From IMG/VR virus record IMGVR_UViG_2713896875_000003, positions 52,394-72,393 of that record: a DNA stretch of 20,000 nt; one strand, 5' to 3'. The notes under the pieces were generated by a model. That model was given only the letters and a program-made list of their open reading frames with translations, searched no databases and was not told the origin of the DNA. Below, piece by piece: positions 16,604 to 20,000 of the stretch (its first letter is position 1; each line of letters begins with the position of its first letter). The position numbers and the translations under genes were made by a program. This DNA is from an uncultured virus (IMG/VR IMGVR_UViG_2713896875_000003) (taxonomy: Duplodnaviria; Heunggongvirae; Uroviricota; Caudoviricetes).

Positions 16604-17313
16604 TTTTTATGAATCCTGATGAACCCAATTTCATTTGGAAAGATTTGAATGCAGTTCGCGATATGGGGTGTATTATCGAAAATGAGCTGTCAGAGGTTTT
16701 ACCAAATAAACGATATGAAACGTATTCGATTATCGGAAGAAGTGGTGAATTTAATGAAACGTTCAATGATTATGAACCCTTTGATTATGAAATTGAAGAT
16801 GTAACTATTCCATATGAGAACTTAAAAGAAGTCAAGCGTTGGTTAACTGGTAAAAGCAAGCTTATCACTCATAATAACGAGGACAAATATTTAGATGCTA
16901 TTTGTGCAATAAGCAAGCCAATCTCATTCAAAAATGAATGGGGTGTTTTTTATACCTTTAACATTGAATTTAGATGCCAACCTTTCAAGAGAAAAGTAAA
17001 TGAACAGCCTGTACTAATTAAAACAAAAACAGTTGAAATCACTGATCACGGTGACGAATCAGCATTTCCTTATATCGAGATTGATTCAAAAGGAGGCGAT
17101 ATTACGTTAAGCGTTGGTAGTAATTCACTAACGATTTTGCGTACACAATCAGGAATCGTCACTATTGATACCGAAAAGGGAAAAGCAATACAAGAAGGAA
17201 ATCCACTATTTACACGCGGTAGTTGGATAAAAACGAATCCTGGTCAAAATAAATTAAATATATCAGGAAATTTTATAGAAGCTAAGTTTTGGAATAGGAG
17301 CGCGTATTTATGA
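16600..17313 (+). CDS. Distal tail protein (Dit)
   Basis: Follows the TMP; IIGRSG, VKRWLTG, IEFRCQPF, PGQNKLNISG. Confidence 0.85.
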   Translation: MIFMNPDEPNFIWKDLNAVRDMGCIIENELSEVLPNKRYETYSIIGRSGEFNETFNDYEPFDYEIEDVTIPYENLKEVKRWLTGKSKLITHNNEDKYLDAICAISKPISFKNEWGVFYTFNIEFRCQPFKRKVNEQPVLIKTKTVEITDHGDESAFPYIEIDSKGGDITLSVGSNSLTILRTQSGIVTIDTEKGKAIQEGNPLFTRGSWIKTNPGQNKLNISGNFIEAKFWNRSAYL

Positions 17314-20000
17314 CACAAAATTTTATTTATGCCTATACTGCTATTCCTGAAAATTTAAACGATAACGGAATGGCTTTGCCAGATTGGCAAGATTTACCAG
17401 AAATTAACCGTGTGTTAAATGGTGTGTATCGATTCTATTGTAACTATGCAAGAGATGGCCAGTATCGCTCATACTTAAAAAAAGGAAACTTTCTAAAGGC
17501 ACAAGTTGAAGATGGATCATATCAATATTTTGAGATTTACAATATTAAAAAAAATCTGCAGTCAGTTTCAGTGACAGCGAGACACATTGGTTTTATGGCA
17601 AATAAGAATTTCATTATTGATTCGTTCACTGCTAACGGAAATGGCACGCAAATTATGAATAATTTAAAGGCTGCATTAACGTTTAAGCAACGGTTTAACT
17701 ATTTGTCGAATGTCGGTACTACACATCAATTTACAGCAAAACAAGTAGGTCCAATCGATGCAATTATTGGTTCTAACAATGGCAACCAAAATTTAACAGG
17801 TGTTACTGGTGGAGAATTAGAGATGGATAACTTTAATTTGAAATTAGTAAAACAAATTGGAGCAGATAATGGCTTTAGAATTGATTTTGGAATTAATTTG
17901 GAAGCTATAGATGAGGACTTTGACGACGAATCAATTATAAATAGTATCTTTCTTATCGGTGGCGTGCCAGACAATGATTATGACCAAGATAAAGAGCCAA
18001 TCACGTATGGATTTTTAGAAATTGCTGGTGTAAATGATAGTAACCGAAGAATTGGAAAACGTGAAAATTCGGAATGTAAAACAGTTGATGAGCTTAAAAA
18101 ATGGGGCCAGTCATTGTTTGATAAAGACCGTATTCATGAACCGAAAGTAACGCACACTATTAGCATGGTAGCATTAGAACACACCTTGGAATATGAAGAC
18201 ATGTACGAAGAGCTTTCTTCTTTGCATTTTGGTGATGTAGTACACGTGCGAGCAAAAGAAGTCGATATTGAAGTAACGGAGCGCATGGTGGAATATACTT
18301 GGTTTCCGACTTTAGGTAAATTTAAAAATATTGTTTTGGGGAATGATTTATCACTTTACACCTCAACAGTAAACAATCAAACTCAAGAGCTAAAACAAAA
18401 AATTGATAATCGGACAGAAACATTAGTACAAAATGTTTTAAATGCAACGGCATGGATTACTGGAAACAGTGGTGGACATGTCGTTTTTCGTCCAGAAAAA
18501 GCACCGTCTGAAATTCTTATCATGGATACGAATAAAGTTGCAACTGCAAAACGTGTGTGGCGTTGGAATTTAAACGGTTTAGGTTATTCCGACAATGGCG
18601 TTAATGGTCCTTTTGGAATTGCTATGACATCTAAGGGAGAAATCGTTGCTGACTTTATTAAAGTGGGCATTATTGACGTGAATGTTTTACAAACAAGCTT
18701 TAATAAAGCAACAGGCGATGTGCTAAAACTAGTGTCTGGTGCTTTGCAAATTTGGAATGAAAAGACAAAAATAATGGAACTAACCCGAAAAGGCATGGAG
18801 TTTTGGGACGGTTCAAGCCACGTTGGCACAATGGGAACAAAAGGGAATCCTTTTCCTGAATTAAACGATGTTAACGGAAATCCAGTCGTTACAGATGGCA
18901 AAGCATTGTTACTAGTTGGAGATAGTTCTTATAACACAATTGGATTATCTAACGAAAAAAATACAGGACTTGTCTTATCTGGTAAAAATCAGTTTCATTT
19001 GGGAAATCATTTTTATTTTATCGGTAAAGATGGAAATCCTTCTACGTTACACGTAGATAAGATTTTTATTAAAGGACAAGAAGTTATTCCTGGTCAAAAT
19101 GGTGGTGGTGGTTCTGGAGCTGGTACAGGTGGTTATCCATCAGAAGTTACAAGCGATGCAGATAAATTTGCTTGGGACTTATGGAGTTACCTATTAGCTA
19201 ACGGATACAGCAAAGCAGCTGCTGCAGGTATCCTCGGAAATGTACAAGGAGAAGTTGGTCCAAGTATGAACCCAGATACCGAACAAATAGGCGGTCCAGC
19301 TTACGGATGGGTTCAATGGGACGGTTCAGCATATCCATTGGTAGGCGCACCAACTTGGAATGGCCGAGAATATGTACAACGCTTAATCGCAGCTGCAGGT
19401 ATCAAACAAGACTATAGGACGTCATTAGCCCAAGCTCAATTAATTAATTGGTGTATGTTCAATGGGCAATGGTTAGGACAAGTAAGTCCATTAACAGTTG
19501 ATGAATTTAAAGTTGTCAGCTCGCCTAAAACAGCTGCTTATGCGTTTGAATTAAACTTTGAACGTCCAGCTGCAGCACATCCAGAAAGACAAACCTATGC
19601 ACAAGTATGGTATGACAAATTCAAAGATTTGAAAGCTTCTACTGCAACAGGAAAAGCTGGCATAGAACATTTGGAGACCTTAATGGGCAAATGGCTTGGT
19701 AATGGGCAATGTTATGCCGTTCCAGCCGAATATTCTGGTTTTATGGGCGGCTGTGGTTTAGGTGCAGGAACAATTTATGGCTTTTCACATGTAATTGGTG
19801 ATACATCATCTGCTGCAGATATTGGTGAAGCATATGATTGGAATGCGGTAGGTTGGCGAGTAATCCAAAATCCAACGTATCAAGATTTAGTGGTAGGAGC
19901 AATCGTCAATATTAGACGAGGTGGCCAATGGGGAACAGGTTGGACAGTAGACCCAACATATGGTCACACGGGTACGACACGTTTCCCTATAAATGTATAA
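17310..20000 (+). CDS. Tail-associated lysin/baseplate hub (Tal-like): prophage tail endopeptidase-like N-terminus, phage tail lysozyme domain, and a CHAP-like domain that appears truncated
   Basis: GGELEMDNF, LHFGDVV, WRWNLNGLG; GYSKAAAAGILGNVQGE...YGWVQW...FERP (lysozyme-like); GNGQCY...YGHTG (CHAP Cys/His); TAA at 19998-20000. Confidence 0.88.
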   Translation: MTQNFIYAYTAIPENLNDNGMALPDWQDLPEINRVLNGVYRFYCNYARDGQYRSYLKKGNFLKAQVEDGSYQYFEIYNIKKNLQSVSVTARHIGFMANKNFIIDSFTANGNGTQIMNNLKAALTFKQRFNYLSNVGTTHQFTAKQVGPIDAIIGSNNGNQNLTGVTGGELEMDNFNLKLVKQIGADNGFRIDFGINLEAIDEDFDDESIINSIFLIGGVPDNDYDQDKEPITYGFLEIAGVNDSNRRIGKRENSECKTVDELKKWGQSLFDKDRIHEPKVTHTISMVALEHTLEYEDMYEELSSLHFGDVVHVRAKEVDIEVTERMVEYTWFPTLGKFKNIVLGNDLSLYTSTVNNQTQELKQKIDNRTETLVQNVLNATAWITGNSGGHVVFRPEKAPSEILIMDTNKVATAKRVWRWNLNGLGYSDNGVNGPFGIAMTSKGEIVADFIKVGIIDVNVLQTSFNKATGDVLKLVSGALQIWNEKTKIMELTRKGMEFWDGSSHVGTMGTKGNPFPELNDVNGNPVVTDGKALLLVGDSSYNTIGLSNEKNTGLVLSGKNQFHLGNHFYFIGKDGNPSTLHVDKIFIKGQEVIPGQNGGGGSGAGTGGYPSEVTSDADKFAWDLWSYLLANGYSKAAAAGILGNVQGEVGPSMNPDTEQIGGPAYGWVQWDGSAYPLVGAPTWNGREYVQRLIAAAGIKQDYRTSLAQAQLINWCMFNGQWLGQVSPLTVDEFKVVSSPKTAAYAFELNFERPAAAHPERQTYAQVWYDKFKDLKASTATGKAGIEHLETLMGKWLGNGQCYAVPAEYSGFMGGCGLGAGTIYGFSHVIGDTSSAADIGEAYDWNAVGWRVIQNPTYQDLVVGAIVNIRRGGQWGTGWTVDPTYGHTGTTRFPINV

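Larger units (their letters stand above)
1..20000 (+). mobile_element. Internal part of a temperate HK97-like siphovirus/prophage (replication, packaging, head and tail modules); no att site or integrase in the window
   Basis: Uninterrupted co-oriented series of recognisable phage genes in canonical order (HNH, terS, terL, portal, protease, capsid, neck, tail tube, chaperone, TMP, Dit, Tal). Confidence 0.97.

Noticed and set aside
398..18901. Numerous minus-strand ORFs in the track (e.g. 398-730, 1144-1485, 5301-5843, 14419-14733, 15658-16029, 18584-18901)
   Set aside because: All are antisense shadows of well-supported plus-strand genes, with no recognisable motifs
17310..20000. Diversity-generating retroelement target in the tail gene
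   Set aside because: No template/variable repeat pair or reverse transcriptase is visible in the window

Overview
A 20-kb, low-GC, all-plus-strand segment of a temperate HK97-like siphovirus or prophage of a Firmicute. An Enterococcus-like host is inferred from gene style and is not proven. Replication module: C-terminal end of an AAA/Sak4-like ATPase, an SSB-like protein, a strongly divergent family-B DNA polymerase, a primase-SF3 helicase and an iteron-rich origin. Late control: a RinA/ArpU-type activator followed by a late promoter with five 11-bp-phased repeats and a leader hairpin. Packaging: a HeH/Rho-N-like protein, an HNH nuclease, an unannotated zinc-ribbon mini-ORF, a candidate cos site, TerS and TerL. 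Morphogenesis: portal, protease, capsid, neck, tail tube, a chaperone with a -1 frameshift, tape measure, Dit, and a Tal-like protein with lysozyme and CHAP domains. The most notable observations are (1) a PolB that seems to have lost its proofreading residues and has non-canonical polymerase motifs; (2) the tail lysin ORF breaks right after the CHAP GHTG motif at a sequence resembling a group II intron 5' end; (3) a hidden 41-aa Cys4 mini-gene with an ATT start beside cos. All family assignments come from motif recognition and synteny, not from database searches.
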